Of a stretch of DNA of 64,000 bases, positions 10,925 to 23,045 are shown piece after piece (the stretch's first letter is position 1; the number at the start of each line of letters is the position of its first letter). Below the pieces are notes generated by a model. The model was not told the origin of the DNA. It did no database searches and saw only the letters and a list, made by a program, of their open reading frames with translations. The DNA is from Lophium mytilinum (Eukaryota): contig MU004188.1 in assembly GCA_010093605.1 (NCBI GenBank), positions 1,937,918-2,001,917 of the forward strand, written 5' to 3'. The translations under genes were made by a program, and so were the position numbers.

Positions 10925-12411
10925 TTACACAGCCTCCTCCCCCCTCGGCGCCTCCACATCTTTCGCGCCATCCAACCCACCGCCCAGCACCGCATGCTGC
11001 TCACCCGCAGCATTCACACCCGCACTCTCCGCAGCCCACCCCTCAGTCCCAACATAACTCTCCCTCCCCACGCCAATAAACCACGCCCGATCCCGACTCC
11101 GCGCGCCCCAGCTCCACCCCGCGCCCTGCCGAATCGGCAAATGGTACCAGCGGAAGCTGAAATAGGCGCAGATGATCCCGATCGCCGATCCGAACAAGAT
11201 ATCGAAGCCGTGATGGCGGAAATCGGAGAAGCGGGTGCTGCTGATGTAGATAGCGGCGCAAATGGGGATGAGCGCGAGGACGAGGACGTAGACGGGGGGC
11301 GCGGCGGCTTGGTTGCGGATGGGGACGATGTGTTGGCTGTGAGCGAGGGTTTGTGGGGGGAGGGTGTCTTCGGATTGCGGTTTTTTGGAGCTTGAGGTGG
11401 CGCTGTCGTGAGTGGAGCCGCGGGAGTGGTAGCCTGGGAGGGCGGTTTTGGAGGCGGAGAGGTTGGTGTAGGTGGGGTCTTGGGAGTAGGGGCGTGGTGG
11501 GAGGAAGGGGATGGCGATGGCAAATTTGGAGCAGAGGAAGAGGGTTAGATAGAGGAGGCCGGCCCATGAGACTAGAGATGCGATTAGTACGGCTGGAAGA
11601 GTCAGAACGAAGATTGGAGCTTACAGGACGAGTGACCGCTGGGGAAGCTCCTGAATCCATCGTCTAGGATACTCTTGTCCGTTTGTTGGCAGATGCTGGA
11701 GCTGACGAGGACCCAAAGAGGGGAGAGATCCATTCCGTCACCCCCCAGGCGGTCTGCGGACACCTGGGATACTTTCGGATTGCATCGGGAAAGGAGATCA
11801 GGGCGAGGTTTTCCGAAGAGGTTCTTCATACCCTCCGTGATCATGAAAGCGGTAGCAAGGGAGAGTGCAAGGCCCATCCAGCCGGCTGAACGCCTATTAG
11901 CATGCGCTCATTGCAACTTGTAGACCACAGCCCCTCCGGAAATAGGGGCATCCAGTATAAGAAGAGGGGCGAACTCACTGTTCCACTCCCAGAATTTCCT
12001 CCGCCATATAAGTGCTTTAGGAGTGCCCCTGCTAACCGCTCGTCCAGGGACAAATATCAGACAAACCAAGAAAACGATGATGGCGGGTATGACGAGCCCA
12101 ACAACGATGAGCAACCATGTTGGGATCTTCTCTTTATGTACGTAAGGAAGGGATATGGAGAGGTCGAGGAGGGAAAATGGTCGATGATTCGGGGATATAG
12201 AGTTGAAGCCGCCTCCGACACCTGCAATAGCGCTGCAATATGTCAGTTCAAATACGACAATGAAGCCAGGGCTAGTAAGGGGGCATGTATGATTTTGATG
12301 TAGACCACTTGCGATGGAAAGTATTAGGACAACTCACATTATAACAATCCAATCGAAGACATAACTCGCGATAATCCGTTTCGACGGCAGGATACTATCC
12401 ATGGTCCTCAT
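10925..12411 (-). CDS. PAP2-family lipid phosphate phosphatase (Dpp1/Lpp1-like)
   Basis: C1 KNLFGKPRP, C2 SFPSGH and C3 TRFSDFRHHGFD motifs across spliced exons. Exon 1 reads SKRIIASYVFDWIVII. Confidence 0.88.
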
Positions 12412-13162
12412 ACTGCCGTTGATTTCGCCAGCACAGTTCGGCTATAGCAACTCAAGTATGTGTCGCGTGCTCAGGCACCTTATAATGGAACGAAGAGCGT
12501 TGAAAGCCAAGGGGGGGATCAGTGATAAAGAAGCACGCGACAATCGGCAGCCGGCGGCTCCTGAGGTAGTCCAAGAGGCTGGGCAGACGTCTCAAAAGGC
12601 TTGGAATCTTTCTTCGGGGTCAGGGCAACGAAAACGGCTGCACATGCACGCTGCGCCTCCTTTTATTGTTTCGGCTGGCGCCTACTCGAAAAATCTCACA
12701 CGGGCCTGTTCCTCGAAACAATAAAGAGAAAAGAGAAGTTGCGCGTCGCACTCGCTGTGTCAGCGTCAGCGTTCACAACACTTGCGATGGTGACGTTGAT
12801 GCGAGAGGCGGAGTAAACCAACGATTCCAGCTCTTGGCCCAAGCGGTCCGTAGTGGAGGCGTCGAGTTTAGCAAAAGCTAAAGGGGTGCGCACTTCGCAG
12901 TGACCGACACCCTCCCTCCCATTGGCTATAACATCCTATTCGCAGAGAGAAACTCCACGTCAGCTTTCACAGATCGCCGACCAGGAACCCCCCGAGAAAC
13001 CCGCTGAAACCGTGATCGACGACTAAAGCCTGCCATTCTTCGGGCCGGTCTCATCTCGGCATCCCGCCCTTCCCCACCGCGCCGAATATCAGAAGTTAGT
13101 AACGACACAACGACACAACGACACTTCTCAACCCTCACAATCCCACCACACCCAACGCCACC

Positions 13163-13837
13163 ATGTCCCGCGCCCCCCCAACCATCGACCTCCTCCTAAC
13201 CCTCGTCCCCGACCGCCCCTCCTCCGTCCTCAACAGCCTCTACTCCTACCCGAACCTCGCCTCCACCGCCGACGCCCACGGCTACTCCCTGCTGCACGCC
13301 GCCGCCTCCTACAGCCACATGGAGCTCCTCAAAGCCCTTATCCAACGCTACAACGTCTCCCCCAACCTGCTCGACGAAGACGGCGAAACCGCCCTCTTCG
13401 TCGCCGAGACCGTCGAGGTCGCGCAGACGCTCGTGCAGCTCGGCACGCGCCCTGAGCTGCGCAATAGCGACGGCAAGACGGCGCAGGAGAAGATGGTGGA
13501 GGAGGGGGAGTTTGCGGAGGTGGCGGTGTTTTTGGGGGGGTTGGGCGAGGGGGGTGCTGGCGAACAGGCGGCTGCGGGTGTCGGGGAGGAAGAGGAAGAG
13601 GTGCGTGCGCCGCCGCCGCTGCCGAGGGGGGTGCAGATTAATCTGGGGACGATGCCGGCCGGGGAGGAGGAGGAGGCGCCGGATCCGGAGTTTAGGAGAA
13701 GGATTGAGGAGTTGGCTGCGAGTGAAGATTTTCAGGGGGAGGAGGGGCAGAGGAGGTTGCGGGAGTTGGTTACCGAGGCTGTGACGGGCATAAGTGCGGA
13801 GGGGGGAGATAGGCAGGTTAGGAGGAGGGTGGAATGA
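13163..13837 (+). CDS. Small ankyrin-repeat protein
   Basis: Ankyrin motifs DAHGYSLLHAAASY and DEDGETALFVAE; CACC-ATG start. Confidence 0.88.
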   Translation: MSRAPPTIDLLLTLVPDRPSSVLNSLYSYPNLASTADAHGYSLLHAAASYSHMELLKALIQRYNVSPNLLDEDGETALFVAETVEVAQTLVQLGTRPELRNSDGKTAQEKMVEEGEFAEVAVFLGGLGEGGAGEQAAAGVGEEEEEVRAPPPLPRGVQINLGTMPAGEEEEAPDPEFRRRIEELAASEDFQGEEGQRRLRELVTEAVTGISAEGGDRQVRRRVE

Positions 13838-14585
13838 GGAAATGGGATACGGATGATTCAAGATCGTCTGAGTGATTGAACGTGGGCCCCAGAAGATCTT
13901 GGATCATTATGCGGATGTTCTGAGATTAGCAGGCCTCCACGGGCGTTAGTTTCAGGGCTGCTGGATGCGAAATGTCCAGTAGATTCGGTCAAGCACTGAG
14001 TAAGGTTTGAAGTCTGCTATTACGAAGTTTGATCTGGGGAGTTGCAATAGCCTCCATGTGGGTAGAGGACATGATTTGCTCTAAGCAAAATTCCATAACT
14101 CCTGGCGTTACAAATCTACCAAACGAATCGCTGGGGATGCTTGGTGTGTTCGGGCGAAAGTAAAGTGTAAGTGGATGGGTTTTAATGATGCTCGGAATGC
14201 GAGATGAAGGGGCGCTTTAAGAGGAGTTCTGAAGTGCGCTCTCTTCGGGCTTGATCCCGTAGTTGCACAAGTTAGTCGTTGAAAGCATCAAGAGGAGCAA
14301 CAGAACCATGATACGTGAGTTTCTTGGGAGACAACTTGAGTGTAGTCCAGAGTCAGTCATAGATTCAGAAACCTAGCTGTATTGGTGAGTACGTCGCATA
14401 TACACAAGGCAAGGAAATCATTTTTATTTAGTCTTATCTATTAAAGGGGTGGACCCCGCTGACGACCATAATCGATAGCAAGATCCCAAGCACCTCCATG
14501 CCCAATTATAGCCCCTAGAATCAGATATCGCCATACCCTTCTCAAAACGCCCCCAACAACCGAAGGCGTCGATATTTGGAAGAAC

Positions 14586-16255
14586 CTAGTCCTCCCGCTT
14601 GATACGTCCGTCATCACGTCCGCCATCACGCTCCAACGCACCGCGTGCGCCGTTGTTCGCGACGAACAACTCGCCTCGAACGGGCAAAGCCTTCGGGGCC
14701 CGGGGTGTATAGAAGTCCCCCCTGAAGGACTCCCTGGAGGCCTCTCTGAAGGCCGCTGTACCTAGGCTGCGGCCTCGCGAGTGCTCGTCAGCAGGTCTAC
14801 GCTTCAGCCTGCCATAATACTCGTCGTCATCCTCGACCGGACGTTTGCGAGTATGGGAGAAGGTCGGAGGCGTCGGTGGCAACATGCTGGCCCCGCTATC
14901 CTTTCCAACTCGAAGAATGCCAGCATACGACTGAAGCATCCATTCTCCAACGGTAATCAGGAGGTCAATCCCCTCCGCGTTGGGCTGGTGCGGGGGCCCG
15001 GGGCTGCCGTCGCGAGCCCGTCGTAGTTCCCCTACAGCAGTGTTGACGGAGTTCACCAGCCTGTCGTCTCCGACCGTAGTAGCCCTCTGCAGGCGCTTTT
15101 TCCAGTAGTCCATATTGTTTTCCATGACCTGTGAGTATAATTAGCTCGATTTGTGATGGCGAAGGCCTGCTAGTGCGGTCGAACCTGACATGAGACCACG
15201 CAGTTGTGGAATCTGTGGTTGACCTCCCGAGGGAGTTCCGTAAGGTTACCGAGAGCGCTAAGAACCATGGCCATTTGTTGCTGCAGCACCTCGACCTTGA
15301 CACTAGAGCGTAGATGATTGACCACATCTATTCGCTCGCGCTGTCCGATAGCAACTAGATCCCTCTTGAGTTCAGAGTGATCTCTCCTGAGTACAGAATG
15401 ATCTGCCCTGAGTGCAAAGTAGCCTGCCTCAAGTTCAGCGCGATTTGCCTTGTGTGCAGAGAAGTCTCTCTTGCGGAGAAGTTCCAATTGCTGACAGCGT
15501 GAGTTAACGTTGCTAAGAGTCTGCTGGATGGAACCCGGAGTCTCCTTCTCTCTGCCCACTTTGTCACTCTTCTCCGGGATGTTGGCGGAAGTGTTCTTAG
15601 GCTCTGAAGGTACCTCCTGAGAGCGGGCGTTCTCACGGACATGAGGACGCAGGGCCAAGGCTGACGAGCGCGGCCTGGGGCCGGTAGGTATGTCCACGTC
15701 CATCTTGCCAGCCCCATCGGGCTTCTCGTTCTCCTTCAGCTTCTCCTTCCCATTCTGGGTAGCCTTGCTCATTACATTGCCGAGCTCCGTACGGATCTGG
15801 GCCTGGTTGGCCTGCAGGTGGCGAACAGACGCCGACAAGATCCTGACCGTGGTGTCAGGATGCTTTGACGCTGTCTCGCTCTCCAAATGAGCCTGGGCGT
15901 CCAATGCGATTGTGCCTTCGCGCAACTCCGCAAGATCCTTCACGAGCTTGTCCTGGGTCTCGGCGACCTTTCGCACCTGTTCTCCCTGCGCATTCAGTGT
16001 GGCGGCCAGCCCATCTTGCACGTCTGCGATACGCCGGATCGCGTCGATGAGGGGAGTGAGCTGGTTGGAGGCGGGGAGGCTCACGTCGCTGTGCAGGATC
16101 CAGTTGTGCGCAGGTTCGCCCTGCGGTTGGGCGTCGGCGGCGGAGCTCATCTCGTTGATGAGGTCGTCGATTGCCTGCTCGGTGGCGGTGGACGCCTGTG
16201 CAAATCAGCTTGAAGGCGACATTGCCTAGAAATGGGGTCTTACCATAGTGTCCAT
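14586..16255 (-). CDS. Hypothetical coiled-coil protein
   Basis: ATG at 16255. Intron 16243-16196 joins MDTM to ASTATEQAIDDLINEMSSAAD. A second intron (~15184-15129) joins ORF 15170-16150 to ORF 14586-15125. Confidence 0.65.
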
Positions 16256-16975
16256 AGGTGAGTGGAGATTGTTGGTGTTTCTGGCGACCTGCCTAGGCGT
16301 TGTTGTGGTCGAGAGGTTCAGTCGGGAGGCAAGAGCTTAAATGCACCTTCTGCACGAAGCCGTCGCTTCACCGCAATTTCGTACCGCAAAATAAACGGCA
16401 CTACTTCTCGTAAACGGCGAGACTACCTATGCTCCAATTCCTTGTATTCTGTTGAAGTCCTTCACTGCCTAAATATTCGATCTTATAACTTTAAATGTGT
16501 ACATTTCGCTAAAGATTCAACCACTGAAAACATCAATTCATATCGCATCACCGTCAATCTGGTAGAATGCCGTGCTATGGATCTGGCCTCTGTACGCTTC
16601 CATGACCTTGATCAACGTGGCTCAGCAACATGTCAAAGTTCTGGGATATACGTTGGTTCCTGCCGACGTGGACGGTGTCCGCCACCCAAGAGAGGAGCCT
16701 GGAAATAATACTCTAATTCTCTACAAGGGAGTCGGAAATGACAAGCAGATATACTTCTAAGCTCTGTAGGCAACAAGCGCTCTACTTGCTCTCAATTTTA
16801 TCCGTCTTGACACCGTACTTGCGAGCCTAGTGACTTCCAAATGTTGACTACCTACCCAGGTAAGCGAGTAAACAAAAGATGCCCAGCCCCACTCGGGCCT
16901 ACCTCCCTTCCCGCTTATCAACCGTTGAGCTCGTGGGCGGTTCAGGTAACCATCTCGCGACATCAATACCACAAG

Positions 16976-17456
16976 ATAAGCAGCAACGGCATCTCCTAGC
17001 ATCATGGACCAAACGAAGGCAGGCTCAAGCCCCGAGTCTAGACAAAATGGTCAGCGAAGTAGGCTTCTCGTCTGACCGCAATCTAACACGGTCATAAGCA
17101 GCAACGGAAACTCCTAGCATCATGGACCAGACGAAAGCAGGCTCAAGCGCCGAGTCCAGACAAAATGGTCAGCAAAGTAGACCTCTCGTCTGACCGCAAT
17201 CTAACACGGTCATAAGCAGCAACGGAAACTCCTAGCATCATGGACCAGACGAAAGCGGGCTCAAGCGCTGAGTCCAGACAGAATGGTCAGTAAAGTAGAC
17301 CTCTCGTCTGACCGCAATCTAACACGGTTATAAACAGCAGCGACAACTCCTAGCATCATGGACCAAACGAAAGCGGACTCAAGCGCCGCGTCCAGACAAA
17401 ATGGTTAGTGAAGTGGGTCTCTCGTCTGAGCCCCTTTCTAATAGGGTCATAAGTAG
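16976..17456 (+). repeat. 118-bp tandem repeat (4 units), each one exon plus one spliceosomal intron
   Basis: CTCCTAGCATCATGGACC at 16993, 17111, 17229 and 17347. GT donors at 17050, 17168, 17286 and 17404, each followed by a CTAAC/CTAAT branch point and an AG. Confidence 0.9.
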
Positions 17457-18386
17457 CACCACCAATCCCAGTTTTGCTGGCGGACCTCCCCGCGCCTACT
17501 CCCCAAGACAGCCTTACCGGTGGCAAGTCCGAAGACGAGGAACAGCCCGATTTCAGCCCCTGTGAGGTAGTGCTCTCTGGGATGGCGGCGTTCAGCATAC
17601 CTGGTTCTTATCTTTTTCTCAAACAACATACGAACTTATCAATGGTTGAGAGCAAATTGCAAGAGGGGCAATATGAGAGACCGGTAGACTTCTTCAAGGA
17701 CATGACGCTCACCTTCGACCAACTCTTCAAAGCATTCCTCCCAGAGCAACTCGTGTTCGTATTAGGGAGGTATTTTCATGCCTTGTTCACATTACTATGG
17801 TCGGCCATAATACGCTCGCTCGACGACAGCCGTAAAGCCTCGCAGCCGACAGAAGCAGAGCGTCCTCGAAAGAAAATGAAGATGGCTAAAGAAGGGACGG
17901 AGGCCGGGGACAGAGGCGCGATAAACCAACTTGAGAGCGCTCCACACCGTGGTCAGGACCAAGAACTCTTTGAAGGGCTCTTGGATTTATCTCAAGTGGG
18001 GGAAGGTCTGCTGCCGTACCCATTCGAGGTCCGCGCCGATTCTCCGAGAGCCAAGCCTAAGAAGTCATTGATTGTGGTGAGTGAAAATCTAACTCTTTCC
18101 TGCTATACGATACGGTCTTTCAATAAGTATCCGTGGACAAATAAGCTGACACTGGTTGATGTCGTCGTAGAAGAAGCTAGAGTTCCTAGAGAGTTGGAGG
18201 GAGAACTTGGATTTCTGCAATCAAACATCAAGTCTTTATGAGAAAGCAGACCAGATGAACGTTGCCATTCTCGAACGCTTCGAAGCCGGACCCGTCCAAA
18301 AGGAAGTCGAGACGAAGCTCAAAGTTCATTTCGATCGCCGCAAGAAGGAGCTGGGAGGCTCATGGGGCACTCCTAGGTATCAATGA
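17003..18386 (+). CDS. Repeat-containing protein with a degenerate bromodomain-like segment (5' end uncertain)
   Basis: Splicing the four repeat introns gives 22-23 aa repeats in frame with ORF 17474-18241 (NLSMVESKLQEGQYERPVDFFKDMTLTF). A further intron ~18077-18170 leads to TGA at 18386. Confidence 0.62.
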
Positions 18387-19106
18387 TGTGGATGGATAAG
18401 CGGTCGGACAGGCCCATTTTTCCAATCCTTGCTGGATTGTTACGCGCTGGCTGGAAGGCCAAAGCTACTTTATTCTAGCAGTTGACTAGAATGACGAAAG
18501 AAAACTTATTTCAAAGGTCTAAACATGTGTTGAAGTTCTTCAGGTGGTGACATGCAGTGAAGACATGACCAATTAGAGCGAGAGACGCCTTACTTGGCAG
18601 CCTAGCTTGCGTGGAGCCTAGCGTCCAGTGTTTATTATTTCCTCCGCAGCTGCCTCCCCGCAAGCTCGTGTTTGCCTGTGAAAGATCCAAAGCGCTCATC
18701 GTTTACTATGTTTGCCGTCCGTTAGAATCCGCTGTCAGGACCAGCGGGGCTGTGAAACTAAGGCGCTGTTCTTCTATTGTTTTCCACGTAAGACCACCAT
18801 CCCCATCTCAAACCTGAGGCCGCAGCATCGCAGAACCGTCAACACCGTCGCGTTCACACGCCTACCACAATGCCGACACCTGGATCCGGCTTCGACATCA
18901 CTCTTACGGTGCAGCCTCTCCTGCGGACTCTTTCGCCGACTCGCTTCTGTGAGACTCGTGGATCCTTCGCTGGACTGACAAAGCCCAGTATTGATAGACA
19001 AAGCACAGCCCACCTCAGCTCGAGATCTGGTCAACGCTCATTTTGGACCCTGGTCTCTACTTGATCAGGCCTTCTGCTCTTTTTTCTAGCGCTACTAAAG
19101 TCCGAT

Positions 19107-20963
19107 ATGGACCCGTTCAGATACAGAACGGCATATGAAGCTTTGAGCTTCCATAATCGTCAAGTGGAGGACATCCTCAAAGCGCTCTCTCAGAAAACAG
19201 ACAGCATTTCTCAGGCATATGGTTCCGACTCGGATGCGGATGGCGAGCCAAGCGGTCTCGGTCCTGCCCAAGGCGCGCCAGAGAATCCTCTAAGTCCCGA
19301 GGACGACTCGGATGGCATGGAATGGGCGCCGACCGAACCCGTGCAGTCAGTGAGGTGTGACCCTCCTTTAGCGGGCTTGGGGGCGAGATCAGAACTTTTG
19401 CCTAGGCCAGGACATATTTCCAGTCCGACTGAGTCTACGGATCCGTCTGTTGCACCTTCTCAGACCCAGGACGGAGCTCTTATGGACGAAAACGTCAGAA
19501 GACTTGTCCAACAGTTTCCGTCCGTCATGAGCCATGACGGGTCTGGTTCCTTCACGCCCTCGACCTTAGAGGTGCCTAGAGACTTCGGCATGCAAATGAG
19601 TATTACTATCAACCATCATCTGTCTCTTGTAGAAGATCGAAAGATTATGGAAAAATACCGTCGGCTTCTTGGACATCGGAAGGATCCATCCAAGCGTAAA
19701 AACATGCGCCTCGGTTTTGATCCATCCGAGCTCATACGAAAGCAAGCTGTGGTCTTGCCAGAAGATGCACCAACGCAAGTGTCAACTCTCACAAACGACA
19801 TACACCCTATTTTCAAGCCCGAAAACTTTCACGGCTGCCCCGACGCGATCTATGAGATCTTGAAACCAGCGCTGAGACTCAGTACACAATTCCTATTATC
19901 TCGAGGTACGTCGAGCTTTTGGCACACATTACTATTCGGCGAGCGCGAAGTATGTCAACAAACTTCGCAAGAGTATGGGCAGGAATGCATTCGGATTCGG
20001 AAGGATGTTCCGTGGTCGGAGACAAACGCCACGAGATTCGAACAGATTCTTTTGAACCAAGCCGATGCGATCCATTTCTTCTTCCATAAAAACCCTTTAC
20101 CTCCAAATCCCGTTTATGCATCCATGGGCTTAATCGCAGATTACAAGAACGGGGTCGTGCGGCGGATGAACGAGAAATGCCACAAAAGCAAGATCTGTTT
20201 GCACACAGACTTCTATACAACGGCAAAAAGACTCAGTCTGTTGCAATATCCTGACCCAGCGATGGTGTTGCGATTCAACCTATTTCTTGCAGTGTGTGTT
20301 ACACATGAGATGTCCCATTTCCTGGAAGTGGCGGGACCTCATCAGCAACAGCTCCTGGGGCGACCTGAAGTTTTCTTCTACGACAACATGTGGACCGAGT
20401 CTGGTGTTGCCTTCGAATTGAAGATGTTTGGCGGTCGCGTGCATCCAGTGTCACTTCGCGTGGATTGCAGCCTCGGACTAGCGGTTCTAAACTATCCTTT
20501 GAAACTATTTTACGAGAAGGAAGACAATGTTCTATACACTATCCCAATGGATTACGTCGCGATGTTGCAGAGACAAGAAACCTGGGAACAGGACTTCAGT
20601 ATCGTGGATGCGACCTTTTTCCACATTCCTCGCAGCGGCACGAAATCGACAGAGCTGAACGGCACGAACCTGATGATATGGGAGGATGAGCAGGATGCTG
20701 ATATATCGGATCATATTGATGGGAAGGACACGACATTCCACCGGATGGACAATGGCCAGATTGTGAAAAACAAGGCGACCACGGTTCGACGGCTGACTAA
20801 GAAGCGCTGGACGCCGTATGATCGACCGAAGGACCAAACGCTGGCTACTGGGGACTGTGTCTCGAAGGAGCTTCCCGAGGACGCTGCAGTGTTAGGATCG
20901 GATTTGGCAAAGGAGCCTGCGGAGACAGTGGAGATGGTTGATGATGATGTTATGTCTGCATAA
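19107..20963 (+). CDS. Uncharacterised protein with an HEXXH zincin-like motif
   Basis: 618-aa intronless ORF containing VTHEMSHFLE followed by ESGVAFELKMFGG. Confidence 0.75.
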   Translation: MDPFRYRTAYEALSFHNRQVEDILKALSQKTDSISQAYGSDSDADGEPSGLGPAQGAPENPLSPEDDSDGMEWAPTEPVQSVRCDPPLAGLGARSELLPRPGHISSPTESTDPSVAPSQTQDGALMDENVRRLVQQFPSVMSHDGSGSFTPSTLEVPRDFGMQMSITINHHLSLVEDRKIMEKYRRLLGHRKDPSKRKNMRLGFDPSELIRKQAVVLPEDAPTQVSTLTNDIHPIFKPENFHGCPDAIYEILKPALRLSTQFLLSRGTSSFWHTLLFGEREVCQQTSQEYGQECIRIRKDVPWSETNATRFEQILLNQADAIHFFFHKNPLPPNPVYASMGLIADYKNGVVRRMNEKCHKSKICLHTDFYTTAKRLSLLQYPDPAMVLRFNLFLAVCVTHEMSHFLEVAGPHQQQLLGRPEVFFYDNMWTESGVAFELKMFGGRVHPVSLRVDCSLGLAVLNYPLKLFYEKEDNVLYTIPMDYVAMLQRQETWEQDFSIVDATFFHIPRSGTKSTELNGTNLMIWEDEQDADISDHIDGKDTTFHRMDNGQIVKNKATTVRRLTKKRWTPYDRPKDQTLATGDCVSKELPEDAAVLGSDLAKEPAETVEMVDDDVMSA

Positions 20964-21474
20964 AGGGATTTTGGATTGCATGTTGTCAACTGGGTTTGTT
21001 GCATACTGTATATTGGCATGGCTTGCATACACTGTGGGAGGGAGGATACCCGGCGGGAACGACTAGGCTAGATTGCTGTGGAGACTTAGAAATCGGATAG
21101 GACGAGATCCACGTAGAAAGCTCTTATTAGCGTTAGTGTCGACACCAAAGTCGACTTGGATGGATTGGCACATTCTTTACTTTCTATGTGCGAATGCATT
21201 TGATTTTCACTGCATGCTCTCCCGTTGGTCTTCTACCTTCCTTGCAGTTGACTCCATGAGCCTGAATGTCCCTTAAATCCATGAACTACCCTTTATTCTA
21301 GACTTCCAAATATATTAGAGCACTTCAAACAGCGTTGAGGCCAGGATGCCGTGGATGCGTAAACGGAACAAAGGGTTCGCTTAGGGAGCTTAGCGCCATT
21401 TCAGACTCGATTTCGATTTCGCCCACCAAAACTGCCCGACGCTCAACTCTTCCGACTTCAACACTACCGCAATC

Positions 21475-22620
21475 ATGGCAGACACACTGAAGGAGTCGCC
21501 GCTACGCACGGTGCAGGTCGAAGCGCTGGTTGTGATGAAAATCATAAAAGCCTCCGCTGGCGCCTTTCCAACAACCGCGACAGGCTCACTTGTGGGCATG
21601 GACGTCAACGGCACTCTCCAAATCACAAACTCCTTCCCGTTCCCTACGGTCGACGTCCCGGCGACAGATGGACACCAGGACTCGGCATCGAACCTGGCTG
21701 CGGCGGCACCCCGCGCGAAGGCGAACACGGCGTATCAGAACGAGATGATCAAGTTCCTGCGGGAGGTGAACGTGGACGCGAACAATGTGGGATGGTATAC
21801 CAGCACGAACATGGGCAACTTCATCAACCTGAACACGATCGAGAACCAGTTCTTCTACCAGAAAGAGATGAATGAGAGGACAGTGGCGCTTGTGCACGAT
21901 GTTAGCAGGAGTTCGCAGGGGAGCCTGAGTTTCCGGGCTTTCAGGCTTTCGCCTTCTTTCATGGCGGCTTACAAGGAGAGCAAGTTCACGACTGAAGCGT
22001 ACGTACAGCAAATTGGAAGGTTTCAAAATTAATGCTAATCGCGTAACAGTCTCCAAAAGAGCGGCCTGCGATACCAGGATATCCTGATCGAACTTCCCCT
22101 CACAATCCACAACTCGCACCTCCTCACTTCTCTCCTCCACCAACTCCCGTCGGAAGCGCCAAAGGAGGAGCTCGCGTTCCCTCCGACGCTCGCAGCACTA
22201 CAAACAGACCCCAACACCCCTCAACCGCCTCTATACCCCAACTTCGACTCTCTGGACCTCTCCATCGACCCCTTCCTAGAGAAGACGTGCGATCTACTGC
22301 TCGAGAGTATCGAGAACCACCACACCGAACTCAACAATCACCAATACTACCAGCGCTCGCTCGGACGAGAACAGGCAAAGATCACCGCATGGCAACAGAA
22401 GCGAAAGGCGGAGAACGCAGCCAGAGTTGCAGCGAAGCAGACACCCCTCCCAGAAGACGAGTGGCAGAGGCTGTTCAAGCTACCCCAAGAGCCTAGTAGG
22501 CTGGAGGTGCTGCTCAACTCGAGGCAGGTGGAGCAATATGCACGACAGGTGGACGGATTCACAGCGAGCGTCAGCGCGAAAATGTTTGCGGTCAAGAGCA
22601 ATCTGCTGCCAGGGGAGTAG
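21475..22620 (+). CDS. EIF3H: Translation initiation factor 3 subunit H
   Basis: MPN domain ([34 protein letters not shown]). Intron 21999-22049; C-terminal [12 protein letters not shown]. Confidence 0.93.
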
Positions 22621-23045
22621 GGGAAGAAGGGATACCAGGGAAATTTCTGCACTACCTACCCTTTGTCTTGCATGGGCACGGCGTTAATGGGCAGCAAAGG
22701 GCTGGGTGGTAAGTATTGAGGGTGGATATGAGAGAACGAACTTTGGTCCGACGGGCGACTTGTGTGCGATTAGACCACTCATAAAACCATACAACTTCAA
22801 TACAGATTTCTACGTGTAAACTAAGACTATGCCTATCAGCATATCTGAGCACCCTTGACGCATGAACGCTCCACCCCAAAACACCTACGAAAACAGGCAA
22901 CTCCCCAAATAAAGAAAATCCTCAACCCCACCTCTCGTCCACTCATCCCACCCCCGCTTGGCAAACGCGCTCCATCACACCTCACCTTAAAGCAGCGACA
23001 CCCGCCCCAACGCCCGCACGCGAATACGCGCCCCAAACGCACGCC

